Positions 46,706 through 58,138 of a DNA stretch of 64,000 nt are shown here, in pieces. This stretch comes from Cyanophora paradoxa CCMP329 (Eukaryota > Plantae > Glaucophyta): assembly GCA_004431415.1 (NCBI GenBank), contig QPMI01000189.1:1-64000 (forward strand), given 5' to 3'. The translations under genes were made by a program, and so were the position numbers. Positions within the stretch are counted from its first letter, which is position 1. Every line of letters begins with the position of its first letter. The notes beneath the pieces were generated by a model. It had not been told where the DNA came from. It worked only from the letters and a program-made list of their open reading frames with translations, and did not search any database.

Positions 46706-49610
46706 ATGATCAGCCAGCAAAGCTATAACTCCATGCAGTCGGGGCTCGGCTTCCATCGCGTAAGCTCGTGCGTTCGGCCTTTCCTTGGTGCATTAGTGCG
46801 ATTGTTCCGCCTCTGCTCACTGGCCGCGTCCCCGGCGATCAACCAGGCTTCCCAACAAGTTCGTTTCCTGCGCCGCCCTGCGCCGCGTAATGCACAATGC
46901 CGTGGACTGACGGCTTCGCCCATCACAGGCTTGACGCCAGTCCCCTGCTCCGGCGGCAGGTCTGCATTCCCGCAGACTTGATGCCAACCACCCGCTGATG
47001 AGCCCACTCAGCTGGCGGAGGAAAGGTTAAGAAAGCAGGCCGTGGCGGAGGAATCTAGTGCTTTTGCGGAATCCAGTGAAGTACAGCGACCTCCTGAACG
47101 TCCTGGCCAGCACACGCGTAATCGCACTGAGTCCGAGGACTTGGGGCGGTCTTCGGCGCCCCAGACACCTGTGGGCGGATCCAGCTCCTCAGGGCCATCG
47201 CGGAAACCTTCTAGGCCTCCTTCTGTGACTCTAGAGAAGCTTGCACAGGTCGCCACGGTGGTCCTAGGTTACAGACCCAGTTCTGGTGCGCTGACCGCTG
47301 TTCTCCCTCTCCCGTGCGCCTGCTCCGCTCACTGCACAATCTGCAGATCATCCTGTCTATGACTCTGTCAGTGCACCTTGATCCACATCGTTCCGCGCCC
47401 ATCCCCTTACGCGCCGAACCAGATTCGTAAACACTTCCTAAGACTTCCCACGCGATACGCCCAAGACGTGGACCCCGAGGTCTTCCCTTGTTTTTAGTTC
47501 TCTTTCTTTATCCTGAGTCTGCTCGCACGCAGGATGTGCCGGTGACCGCAGCGCTTGCCCCAGCGGATCGACCGCCCGCTAACGCTTCTTTCAGATACAC
47601 ATGCAGCTGATCCAGGAAGCGGAGTGCGGGAACGGGGTCGCTCTGAAGGTGATGGGGCTTGCTGTACCGCGCAGCTCTTCTCGCGCACGCGCTGAGGCCG
47701 CCGCTTGGCAGATCCTGCCTCACTTCGCACATCGCCTGCCGTCGGACTCTCCGTCGGAGAGCAGCCCGTCGATCGCCTCGTACCTGCAGGCCGGCAATTC
47801 GAACTCCTCGAAGACGCAAGACGTCAGCGCCAGCCAGTTCAAGAAGATCGTAATGGTGGGCCGTCCCCGGCGGCCTCGCCCGAGCGGCGTTGACCGTGCG
47901 CGGCCGGCAGGTCTTCCGCGACAAGAAGAACCGGCTGCGCTCGATCACGGCGGCGATGGCGGCATGCTCGATGAACATCTGCGAGGCCTTCGCCTGCTCC
48001 TCCGTCGACGGCTACGCGCTCGACACGTGCGCGCCAGCGCCGCGGCGGCCGGGGCGCCGACTCACACGCCGCGGGCTGGCTGCAGGTTCATCGTGGAGGG
48101 CGACTTCAGCTCGGCAGACGTGCTGCAGCAGCTGCAGGCAGCCCTGACCGACGACGGGAAGACGCCGCCCCACCAGAAGGAGCGCCGCTCCGCCGCCGAC
48201 GGCCGCGGCACGCCGTCGGGCGATGCAGCACCGCCTTCGCAGGCGCCCCGCCCGCCCGGCTGGGGCGGCCACGCGTGGGAGATCGACATTCAGGACGTGC
48301 GCCGCTCCCCCCCGCGCCTCGTCCGCCGCGGAGCGCCACTGACGCTGTCCGGCGCCGCCAGATCGTGATCTCGCGCAAGGTGGGGCAGGGCGGGGCGCCT
48401 TCCCGTCCCCGCCGCGCCGGCCTGACGCGCCGGTGCAGATCTCGGAGGGGGGCAGCGGGGAGATGTACGAGTGCGTGGGGCGGGGTGGGGCGGGGTCGGG
48501 GGCGCGGGGGCGGGGCCGACGGGGGCGCGGGGGCAGGGGGGCGTGGAACGGGACGAAGGTGGCGATCAAGAAGCTCAAGTTCAACCAGGTGGGCGGCTCG
48601 AACCACAAGGTCTGGGCCGAGTTCTGCTCCGAGGTCGACATGCTCTCCAAGCTCCGCCACCCCAACATCGGTGCCCCCGCCCCCGCCCCTGCCCGCCCCG
48701 CCCCACCCCAGCGCGCCTGACGCGGGGCCAGTGCTCTTCCTGGGCGCGTGCAGCAGCGCGCCGAACCTGTGGATCGTGACGGAGTACCTGGGGGGCGGCT
48801 CGCTGTACGGGCTGCTGCACAGCACGAAGAGCACGCGGCTGGAGATCAACCACGTGATCCAGCTCGCCAAGGAGGTCGCCTGCGGCATGGCCTACCTCCA
48901 CAAGGCCAAGATCATCCACCGCGACCTCGTCCGCCCCGCCCCGCTCCGCCCCGCCGCCCCCGCCCCGCTCACCCGCCCCCCCGCCCCCTGCAGAAAAGCG
49001 CCAACCTGGTGGTGCGCGGGGGGCGCGGGGCGCGGGGCGTGGGGCGGGGTGAGTGAGAGGGGGCGGGGGGTGCGCAGCTGGACGACAACGGGCACATCAA
49101 GATCGTGGACTTCGGGCTGTCGCGGATCAAGGAGGAGAGCGGGGAGATGACGGGGGAGACGGGCTCGTACCGCTGGGCGGCCCCCGAGATTCTGCGCAAC
49201 GAGAAGTACGACGAGAAGGTGGACGTGTACAGCTTCGGCTGCTGCGTCTGGGAAATGGTCACCGGCGAGGTCCCCTTCGCCAGTGCGGCCCCCGCGAGCC
49301 ACCCCGCGCCCCGCCAGCCCCTCCCGCTCACCCCGGGCCCGCCCCCCCAGAGATGACCCCGATCCAGGCGGCGCTGGCGGTGGCGGAGAAGGGCCACCGG
49401 CTGCCGCTGCCGCCGGCGGGGCCCAACTGCCCGCAGGCTCTCCTCGACATCGTGCAGGACTGCTGGTCCGTCCCCGAGCGCCGCCCCGCCTTCTCCGAGG
49501 TGCTCCCCCGCCCCGCCCCGCCCCGACCCGCCCGGGCGCCCCGGGGCGCGCCGCCTCACTCCGCCTCAGATCATCCAGCGCCTCGAGGCGATCCCCCTGC
49601 TGGACGATAG
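46706..49610 (+). CDS. ACT-domain Raf-like Ser/Thr/Tyr kinase (STY8/17/46-type)
   Basis: LPTRYAQDVDPE; ACT DKKNRLRSITAAMAACSMNICEAFACSSVDGYALDT; kinase VAIKK, HRDL|KSANLV, DFG, MTGETGSYRWAAPE. Start codon approximate. Confidence 0.88.
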
Positions 49611-50981
49611 GCGGGAGCCCTCCAACTGGCGCGTGCCCGCCGCCCCCGCCTTCCCCGGCCCCCCTCACGAACCGGCGCCCCGCAGGCTCATGCGCAAGCT
49701 CGCTCAAATCGCGGGGGCGCACATCTGAGGGCCCGGAGGCTGCCTCCGCCTGCTTGTGCCATTTTGCGCTCGCGCGCCCGGCGGACCCCCGCGGCGAGCA
49801 GTAGGCGATTTTGGGTAGAGCTGCGGTAGGCTAGGCTCGCGTCTCGTTCCTCTGAGGAGTTGGTTTCTGCGAGAACCTGAGGGTACAGGTCTTTTTTGGC
49901 TATTGGCTTTGTAGCAGATCAGAGTAGCGGACGCGCATCACGTAACTTGGCGCGAGGGTAGGAAGGTTATTGCAGTGCCTTATCTCGGAAGTCCGCTATG
50001 TTCGGTGCTTTGTCTCTCGAGCTGCGCCCGCTTTTCCTGAGCTCTTTGTTACAGGCATAATTTAATGACTTGTGATACGCCGTGACGAGCTGCGCGGTGA
50101 TTCACACCGTAAAGTACTAGTGATGCACTGGCAGCAGTGCCACGGTGTCAGTTACTAAGTTACTGCCGCAGTGCGTGTCCGACGTCGACGGTCTCTTCGA
50201 TTTCTGATCGGATCGAGCCGCTGCAGCAGGCCGTACTACGGTACGCGTCGGGCTGACTCAGTGAGAGCCGCTGAGCCGCTGACTCACATGCGCATATGCA
50301 TATCATCACAGTACTACGGTATGCATCAGGCATATCATCACTGTACGGTATGCCTCGCGATCTGAGTCTCGGAGCTCCGAGGCTCTGAGGTCCTGCCGCA
50401 GTGCACTGCGGCACTGCCGCCAGTGCGGCAGCGGATGAAGATCATGAGCCGCTGAGCTCGCGATCGATCGCGAGGTCCGAGCTCCGATGTTCTGGATCTG
50501 GATCTAGATCTAGATCTAATCGACACGGCGGTGTCTTGAGACTCGAAGATCTAGAGTCGACGTCTCTCGCCGCGTCGCCGCACCAGTACTATCTAGGACC
50601 TCGGACTTGGGGATCGATCACGCGTACGGATTTGAGCGTCATGCATGCGATCGCATCGGGAGTTGATTGATGTTGCGAATCTTTGCTATACTGATATTTA
50701 TACTGAGCTGACTTTATGTAGATACATTGAAAGTGGATAATAAGCAATCACACTACACTGGACAAGAGCGCGACGAATGAAGCGAAGCGAAGATGAAAAC
50801 GAAGGTGGCCAAGTCCCCAATTGCCCGCCAGGCGCACGGCACAGGCGGCAAAAAAATGTGTGGGGCCCCGGGGCGGAGGGGGGCGAGCGGGGGGGGGGGG
50901 GGGGGGGGGGGGGGCTGGGCCAAGGACTCGCGGATGGAGGGGAATGGAGGAGACCGATCGGGGGCGGGGCGAGAGGGCGGG

Positions 50982-52307
50982 CTAGGAGGAGAGGGTCGGG
51001 GGCAGGGAGAGCTCGAGGACGACGGAGGGGGCGATGAGGGTGGCCTTGCCGGCGTTGTAGACGGTCTTGGTGCCGCGGATCGTGCTCGCGGGCGTCGCGC
51101 AGCCCGAGGAGAGCGTCGAGGGCGAGAAGAAGGCGGAGCCCGAGCGCGAGAGGACGCGCGCCGAGTTCTCCGGCGACCGCGAGAGCGGCGTCGCGGGCAC
51201 CGATGGCCCGCACAGCAGGATCGACGACGTCCGCTCCACAGAGAGGGCCCGCGGCGGCCGCCCCTGGGCCTCCCCGGAGTCGCCCGAGGCCTCCCCCGAG
51301 GCGTCGCCCGAGGCGGGGCCGTCCTCGCCGCTGCTCGCCTCAACCTCGTGCACGGTGCCGTCCTCGTAGGGCGCCCGCGCGAGCTTGCGCGCCACCATCT
51401 CTGCGTCGAACGACCCGCCCCGGCCCCGCCGGCCCCGCCCCGTCCGGAACGGCGACCTCCGCTCCTCCGCCCCCGGCGACTGCGCGCGGGGCGCGGAGGT
51501 CGATCGGGGGGGCCCAGGGACGGCGCGGGGGCCGGCGGGGCGCACGGGAGACGGCCTGGCGGGCGGCTTGGCCTTGAGAGCCGCCACGACCGATTCGGGC
51601 ACGCACGCGCCGAGAGGCACATCTGCCGGACGTCTGTCAGGGCCTGGCCCGCTGAGGCCGGCGAAGAGGCAGGGGCGGAAAGCACCGTGCCAGTCTCGCA
51701 ACTTGAGGACCTTGGCGCCGCTCGCGTCGATCGAGGGCTGCGTCAGGCATCGGACGAGCTTCACGAGGAACAGAACGGCTCTGCTCGGGAGCGTGAGACG
51801 GGGTTGGGCGCGTGGCGTAGACATGGGCACGCACTCTCTGGAGAGGGGCTTCTCGGAGGGCTCGGATCCCGTCCACCGCTGGGCGAGCATGCGGAGGGAG
51901 GCCCGGAACCGGTCGACGGGAACGTGCGGCGCCCCGGAGCTGTCCGCGAGCCAGTCCGACTGCGCCCGCGCCTGTGCCTCTGCTGCAGTCCACTCTAGCC
52001 GTAGCGCCCGGAACAAGCCGCCGTGCAGCTTCAAGTACGAAGGGTAATCCAGCCGCCCGTCCGCTGTTGTGGCAGCCCTGAAAAGGCAAACCATAACTTC
52101 CTCTTCCGTGTTATGTTCGCCCAGCTCGGGCACTGCCGCGGGGGCCTTCGCGGGGCTCGCTGGGGACTCAGCGACGGTTGGCGAGGACCTGTCCTGGCCT
52201 GGATGTACTACGCTGCCTCGCCGCGTTTTCGGTTCTGGCGAATGCCGCGGCGAGCCGCTGTTCGCCGACGACAGCGCGCCGAGGCGCTGCTTGATCCACC
52301 GAAACAT
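50982..52307 (-). CDS. Uncharacterised protein with EF-hand-like helical domain and Ser-rich tail
   Basis: Non-low-complexity block DGRLDYPSYLKLHGGLFRAL...AQSDWLADSSG...FRASLRMLAQRWT; the ORF probably reads through in-frame introns. Confidence 0.65.
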   Translation of the reverse strand: MFRWIKQRLGALSSANSGSPRHSPEPKTRRGSVVHPGQDRSSPTVAESPASPAKAPAAVPELGEHNTEEEVMVCLFRAATTADGRLDYPSYLKLHGGLFRALRLEWTAAEAQARAQSDWLADSSGAPHVPVDRFRASLRMLAQRWTGSEPSEKPLSRECVPMSTPRAQPRLTLPSRAVLFLVKLVRCLTQPSIDASGAKVLKLRDWHGAFRPCLFAGLSGPGPDRRPADVPLGACVPESVVAALKAKPPARPSPVRPAGPRAVPGPPRSTSAPRAQSPGAEERRSPFRTGRGRRGRGGSFDAEMVARKLARAPYEDGTVHEVEASSGEDGPASGDASGEASGDSGEAQGRPPRALSVERTSSILLCGPSVPATPLSRSPENSARVLSRSGSAFFSPSTLSSGCATPASTIRGTKTVYNAGKATLIAPSVVLELSLPPTLSS

Positions 52308-52989
52308 CTACGCTACTACGGATCTCGCTGTCAACAAAACCAGCCCCGATCGCTGACCGACGGCGTCGATGCGCTCTCGTGTTCGCCGGACCAAATGACG
52401 GGAACCCTGTGTATGGGAGGGCCGGTTGCCGGCGACGAGCCTCGGATAGAGATGCCGATCAAGTTTTGCTGGTGCCGCGCACTTCAGCAGAGCTCAGACT
52501 CTGAGAGCGCGATCGAACTTCGGCGAAACCAGAATCCCGCGCGCTCCCGGATTCCTGCTCGATCGACGGTCTGATGCCACCGATGGTCTAGGTCTGGAGT
52601 CTGGAGTCTCGACCGTCGGACGCTGCGGCAGAAGCTTTCAAGGCTGCTCACTGAGTCAGCGGCTAGCTGTCCGCTGCTGCCGCAGTGCTGCTGCCGCAGT
52701 GCTACGGCTGCCCCGCCGCAGACTACTACTCCCGCAGCGGCCGCAGGTGCGCTACTACTACTCTAGTAGGGCTAGCGCGAGCTGCATGAGCAGCGACTGC
52801 TCCCTCGGCTTGCAGGTTCGAGGGGACAGATGTAGATGTCACAGTGTACATGTGCAGCGCTAGCGGTAATTAATCGAGGAGCTCGCGATCGAGCTCGAGG
52901 CGCCCGGCGCCGGCGGCTACACCAATTTTTAGTAAATTTTCTACACGTACAATGGCATACATGTAGTGTCATCACTGTCATGTACATGT

Positions 52990-53715
52990 CAGCAAAAAAC
53001 AAACCCGTGTAAGGTCCAGTAATTATAAGGATCCGGAATATTTAACTTTCTAGTTATTATATATAATTGGTACGTAGGTACGTACGTATACGTATACGTA
53101 TATATACGTATATATAGTATAAATGTATATGGATCTTACGTATACGTAAATAACAAGAGCTATATATAAACGGACGTATATACTAGTACTATAGTAAACA
53201 CGTGCATTTTAACTATAAAGTTTTTTTTCCAGATAGCCCCACGGGGGCAGTGTTGTATTGGATAAAACACCACAAGTGCGACCAAAACGCTGGTATTTTA
53301 ACTATAAAGTATATATATACAAACTGTCTAAATTAAATATATTTAATTATAATATTCGATTTTTCGCGGGCCTCAAAGGCCCTCAATCAAGCAGCACCCC
53401 GATTCAGGCCTAGGGCATGCGCCGGCGCCGCGCTACCGGTACCCTAGGCCTGGCCCCGTCGAAGTAGAACGACCTGCGCGACTCAGCAGCGATCGGGGGG
53501 GCCGCGCGCGCGCGCGGGGGGGGGGGGGGGGGGGGGGGGCTGGGGATGGTGGAGGGGGGTACCGGTACCCGGTGGGCCAGCTAGCTATACCGCTAGCTAT
53601 ATATATAGCGCTAAGCTGCAGCGAGCTCCATGGCCAGCCTGGCAGGCTAGGTTATAAAAATTTATGATTACGTATACGTATACGTAGCTACGTATACATG
53701 GGGGATCCGGAAAGC
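52990..53715. other. AT-rich intergenic island with (TACGTA)n/(TA)n palindromic repeats and a poly-G tract
   Basis: The only extended AT-rich stretch in the window; TACGTATACGTATACGTA and GGATCCGGA occur near both ends. Confidence 0.85.
53206..53310 (-). mobile_element. Short poly(A)-tailed retro-insertion with 16-bp target-site duplication
   Basis: ATTTTAACTATAAAGT at 53206-53221 and 53295-53310 flanks 73 nt that, on the minus strand, end in a GCCCC/GGGGC hairpin and an A7-8 tail. Confidence 0.55.
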
Positions 53716-53836
53716 TTGGGGGGGGGGGGGGGGGAGGGGGGGGGGGGAAGGTGGCCGGCGCCTGCTGGCGTGCCGCAGTGGCAGGGACGTACGTGATCGG
53801 GGGTAGATGGTGAGGGGGCCAGGGGCTAGCTCATGA

Positions 53837-56800
53837 TCAGCGATAGGGCCTGCGTACGCCGGAGCCGGAGGAGGGTACGCGGACGAAGAGCAGCTCCCGC
53901 TCGTACGCATCGACCCGGACCTGCGCATGGGAGGGGCCCGGGCGCATCAAGAGGAGCAGGGTGCGTGGGGGCAGGCGGGCGACGTGGGGCGGCGGGGCGG
54001 GGCGGGGCGGGGGGCGGGGCGGGCCTCGAGGAGGTCGCCGGCGAGGGCGGAGACGAGGGCGGGGAGGTCGGGGGGCAGGCCCAGCTGGGCGGCGTGCAGC
54101 GTGAAGGCGGGGCCGAGCAGCGGCTCGAGCAGCCCCAGCCGCACGCTCGCGTTCGAGCGGAACTCCTCCGTCCCCGTCAGGTGGATCGCCCCGTCGATGA
54201 GGGCGCGCCGCAGCGCCGACCGCCGCCACTCGTCGTCCCGCCCCTCCCAGCCCGAGACCTCGGCGGGGAGATCCTCGACGGGCCCCGCGCGCCAGGCCGC
54301 CCCGGCGGCGTACAGCTCCGCGCACTCCTCGTAGGCCAGCTGCTCGTAGGGGCCCGCCGCCGCCGGCCGCCCCCGCTCGTCGTTCCTGATCGTCACCCGC
54401 AGGCCCAGGCCTGAACGCCCGCCCGCCCTTCCCGTCAAGGAGGGCGGCCGGCGAGCCGGGCAGATTCGGGGCGCACCGGGGGGCGGAGGGGGCAGGGGCG
54501 GCGCGGCGGGGCCTGGCTCCGGGGCGGGCTCGGGGGCCGGGGGCGGGAGGAAGGGCCCGAGGATGCGGAGGACGGAGGCGCGGAGCTCGACGGCGCCGGC
54601 GAGGAGGGCGGGGGCGGCCTCGAGGACGTCCTCGGGGGCGCCCACCTTCCCCGCGCACTCCGCCCAGCGCAGGCTCCGGTTCGAGAGGCGCCACGCGCGC
54701 TCCACGGCGGCCACGGGCGCCTCGGCCCCGGGGCCGCAGCCGCCGGCGGCCGCCGCGATGGCGTCGAAGAGGGCGAGGGCGATGCGGGGGAGGGGCGCGC
54801 GGCGCGGCAGGTGCTTGCCGTAGGGCGTGCCCCGCAGCTCGCCGGCCTTGGCCCAGCGGCGGGCGGCCTTGAGGCCCTCCTCGAGGGCCCCCTCGGGGTC
54901 GGCCCCGGGGCGCAGGCGGAGGCGCCAGGCCTCGTCGGCGGGGGTGCCCGAGGGGGCCCCCGCCTCCTCCAGGAGGGCGGCGCCGGGCAGGAGCAGGAGG
55001 GCGGCGGTGCGGAGGGTGGGGAGCCCGAGGTCCCCCAGGAGCTTTGAGGGGTCCTGCCTCAGGCCCACCGCGAGGGCCTTCGAGAGCTGCCCGAGGGTCG
55101 CCGAGCGGCCCCCCGCCAGGGCCGCCCCCAGCGCCCGCCCGAGGCGCTGCGCGTTGCGGTCGAAGTTGAGGCCGAGGAGCTGGAGCTCGGTGCGGTCGAG
55201 GATGCGGAGGCGGGCGGGGCGGGGGCCGTGGCCGCCCCGCACGGCGACCGCGTGCCCCAGGAGCGCCTCGAGGGCGGCGGGGAGGTCGTCGCCGAGGGCG
55301 GCCGCCGCGATGGAGCGCGCGAGGGGCGTCTTGCGCGCCGCCAGCCAGCGCTGCTTCAGCGCCTCCACGCTCGGCTCCGGCTCGGAGGCGGCCATGAGGA
55401 GCACCAGCCGCGCCAGCTGCCGCTTCACCTGCTCCGCCTCCCCCTCCCCCTTCCCACCCCCCGGAGCCTCCCCGCCTGCCTCCCCCGCCGCCTGCGCCTC
55501 CTCCGCCGCCCCCGCCTCCCGCTGCTTCTTCTTCGGGCTGCCCGGCGGCGGCTTGCCAGAGGTCGCCTGCCGGCCCGGCGCCGGAGCCGCCTCCTCCTCG
55601 GCGCGCTCCTCCTCGGCGTCGGAGGGCTCGAGCTCGAGGGGCGGGCCGGGGGCGGCGGCGGCGGGCCCGCGGCGGACGGCCTCTCCGAGGCTGCCGCTGC
55701 AGCGGAGGCCCGAGGCCTCGTCCCCGGCGAGGGCCCCCGGGACGAGCGCCTTGAGCGCGCTCGCGAGGCCCGCGGGCGCTGCAGGGCCGCCGCCCCGGGC
55801 AGGCCGGCGGCTGCGGCTGCGGCGGGGAAGGGCAGGGCGGGCCCGAACCAGGCCGCCCAGGCCTCGGTGAAGGCGGGGAGGGGAAGCGGGGCCCCTCGGA
55901 GGCGCGCAGCTCGCGCAAGATCGCCACCGCCGCCTCCGCGAGCTGCCGCAGCGTCCACTCCCCCGCCGCCCCGCCCCCGCCCCGCCCGCGGCCTCCTCCG
56001 ACGAAGCGGCCGCCTCGCGGAGGCGGGCGCGAAGGCGGCCGCCGGCAAAGGAGACGGGGAGGAGGCGGCCCGGGCAGAGGCGGACGAGGGCGGCGAGGAG
56101 GGAACGGTAGGGGGCCCCCGGCGGGGCGGCGGCGGCGAAGGGCCGCCGCGTCTCCTCGAGGGCGCGCCAGGCGCGGCCGAGGGCGGCGAGGGGCACGGGA
56201 CCCGGCCCCTCCTCGAGGGCCACCGCGTCGAGCGCGGCCCGCAGCGCCCCCGCCGCCTGCTCCTCGTCCCCGTACTGCGGCCTCGGCGCTGGCCCCGCCG
56301 CCACGCTGGAAGCGGAGGCGGAGGGGGCCGGCGCCGGCGTGCTGGGGCCGGGGCGGGGCCGGGGCGGGGCCGGGGCGGAGGCCGGCGCCTCGTCGTCGGT
56401 GTCGGCGGCGGGGGCGCCGAGGGCGGGGCCGAGGGCCCGGAGAGGAGCAGCCGGGGCTCCTCCCGCGCCTCCCCTCGGGCGGCCGCGCGACGCTGGCGAC
56501 GCCGCGCAGGAAGCGGTGGCACACGAGCTTCGCCGCGTTCGCCGGCGCCTGCAGCTGCTTCGCCGCCGTCGGCGTGCCGGCCGCCTCCGCCGCCGCCGCG
56601 CCGAAGTCCCGGCCCGTCCAGAGGCGCCAGGCCTCGAGGAGGAGGCCGACGGGGATGGCGGGAGCGCGGGCCGGCCCCTCGGCCGCCCGCAGCGCCCGCA
56701 GCGTCCCCACCAGCACCTCCAGGAAGCTCCCCGTGGGGGCCTCCGGCGCCGCCCACGCTCCCCCGGAGGCCTCCTCCAAGGAAAGCGCCAGCATGAGGCG

Positions 56801-57927
56801 GCCGCCGGCGGCCGAGTGGGGCGGGCGGGGCGGGGTGGAGGGCGGCGATGGCGCCGAGGAGGGTGCGGAAGGGGCGGCGGGGGCAGGGCGCGGGAGAAGG
56901 GCTCGGGGGTGCCGGCGGAGGCGCGCCAGGCGGCCGCGAGCGCCGTGAGGGACACGGGGCCGCCCCCGCACCGGCCCCCGGCCTCCCGCAGCAGCCGCCC
57001 CACGTGCTCCCCACCGCCTCCACACACCCGTACAGCGCCGGCGCCGGCGCCGGCGCGGCGCGCGCCTCGCCCGCAGGTGCCTTGGCGGCTGCGGAGGAGG
57101 CGGGGGAGTGGCGGGGGGAGGGGGCGGGGAAGCGGGCGCCGGGGCCGGGGTCGAGGCCGGCGGCGGCGACGGCGGCCTCGAAGTCGGTGAAGAAGTAGAG
57201 CGTCGGGTCGCTCGTCTCGCCCTTGCCCTGCTCCACGACCGCCCCGGCCGGCCACGCCTGCCGCGCCACCGCCGAGATCGAGCCGCCGCGGATGCCCGGG
57301 AAGTCGCACAGCTCCATGGAGCGCCGCAGCGGCCGCCCGCTCAGCTGGTAGTAGCGCGCCCAGAGCCGCGTCGACTTGACGTAGCGCTCCTCCTCGCGGG
57401 GCCCCAGCAGCTCGAGCGCAGCCTGCGTCAGCGTCCGCATGATCTGCTGCTGCGCTGCCGTGAGGGCCCCGCCGGCGCTCTCCGCGTCCCTCCGCGCCGG
57501 CGCCGCTGCTTCGGCCTCCGAGCGGCGGGCGCGCTTCTCCGGCCGCCGCTCCTCCTGGCTGTACTCCCGGTACGCCTCCTGAGGGGACCGCGAGCGCTGC
57601 ACCGACGACTCAGGAGAGCGACTCCGACTCCCGCCGCGACTCCCGCCGCGACTCCCGCCGCGACTCGCACGCTCTGCGGCCCAGCCGCGCGCGTCAGCGA
57701 AATCCCCTCGTCGCGGCCGGCGTACGAGGCGGACCGTCTCTTTGCAACTCCTCGGCGTCGCCTACATCACACGCGCTGCGCTCTGTGTCATCCGCGAGCT
57801 CTAAGACGTCCTGGCACTCGGTCTCCTCCTCGTCATCCTCGCGAATGGGCGTCCCGACTGGCGAGCTTGGCTCTACGGCGTGTGAGCTCTCGCAACACAG
57901 CTGCTGGGGCGACATCGCACCTTCCAT
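53837..57927 (-). CDS. Large protein with RS-rich N-terminus and about 8 LOTUS/OST-HTH-like winged-helix repeats
   Basis: Repeated helix - (P)VxLxxLxxAWxxxxGxxF - helix pattern, e.g. VKSTRLWARYYQLSGRPL, PVSLTALAAAWRASAG, IPVGLLLEAWRLWTGRDF, PVPLAALGRAWRAL. The gene is well supported; the fold call is tentative. Confidence 0.6.
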
Positions 57928-58138
57928 GGGGCGCTGAGCAGGCGAGGCGAAAGCGCTTCCGCGCCGCTGGTACGTGTCGCGGATGACGGTGACAGCCGCG
58001 ATCTAGCCCAGCGCCGTCGTGAATGCGCGATCTTCACGCAAGAGGGGCCGCCTTGGGCCGCCTTGAGTATGCGTACCCGTCCAAAGCTCATCTCGCGCCA
58101 CGCCACAGCCGACCACCGCAGCGCGATCCGGGCCGCGC

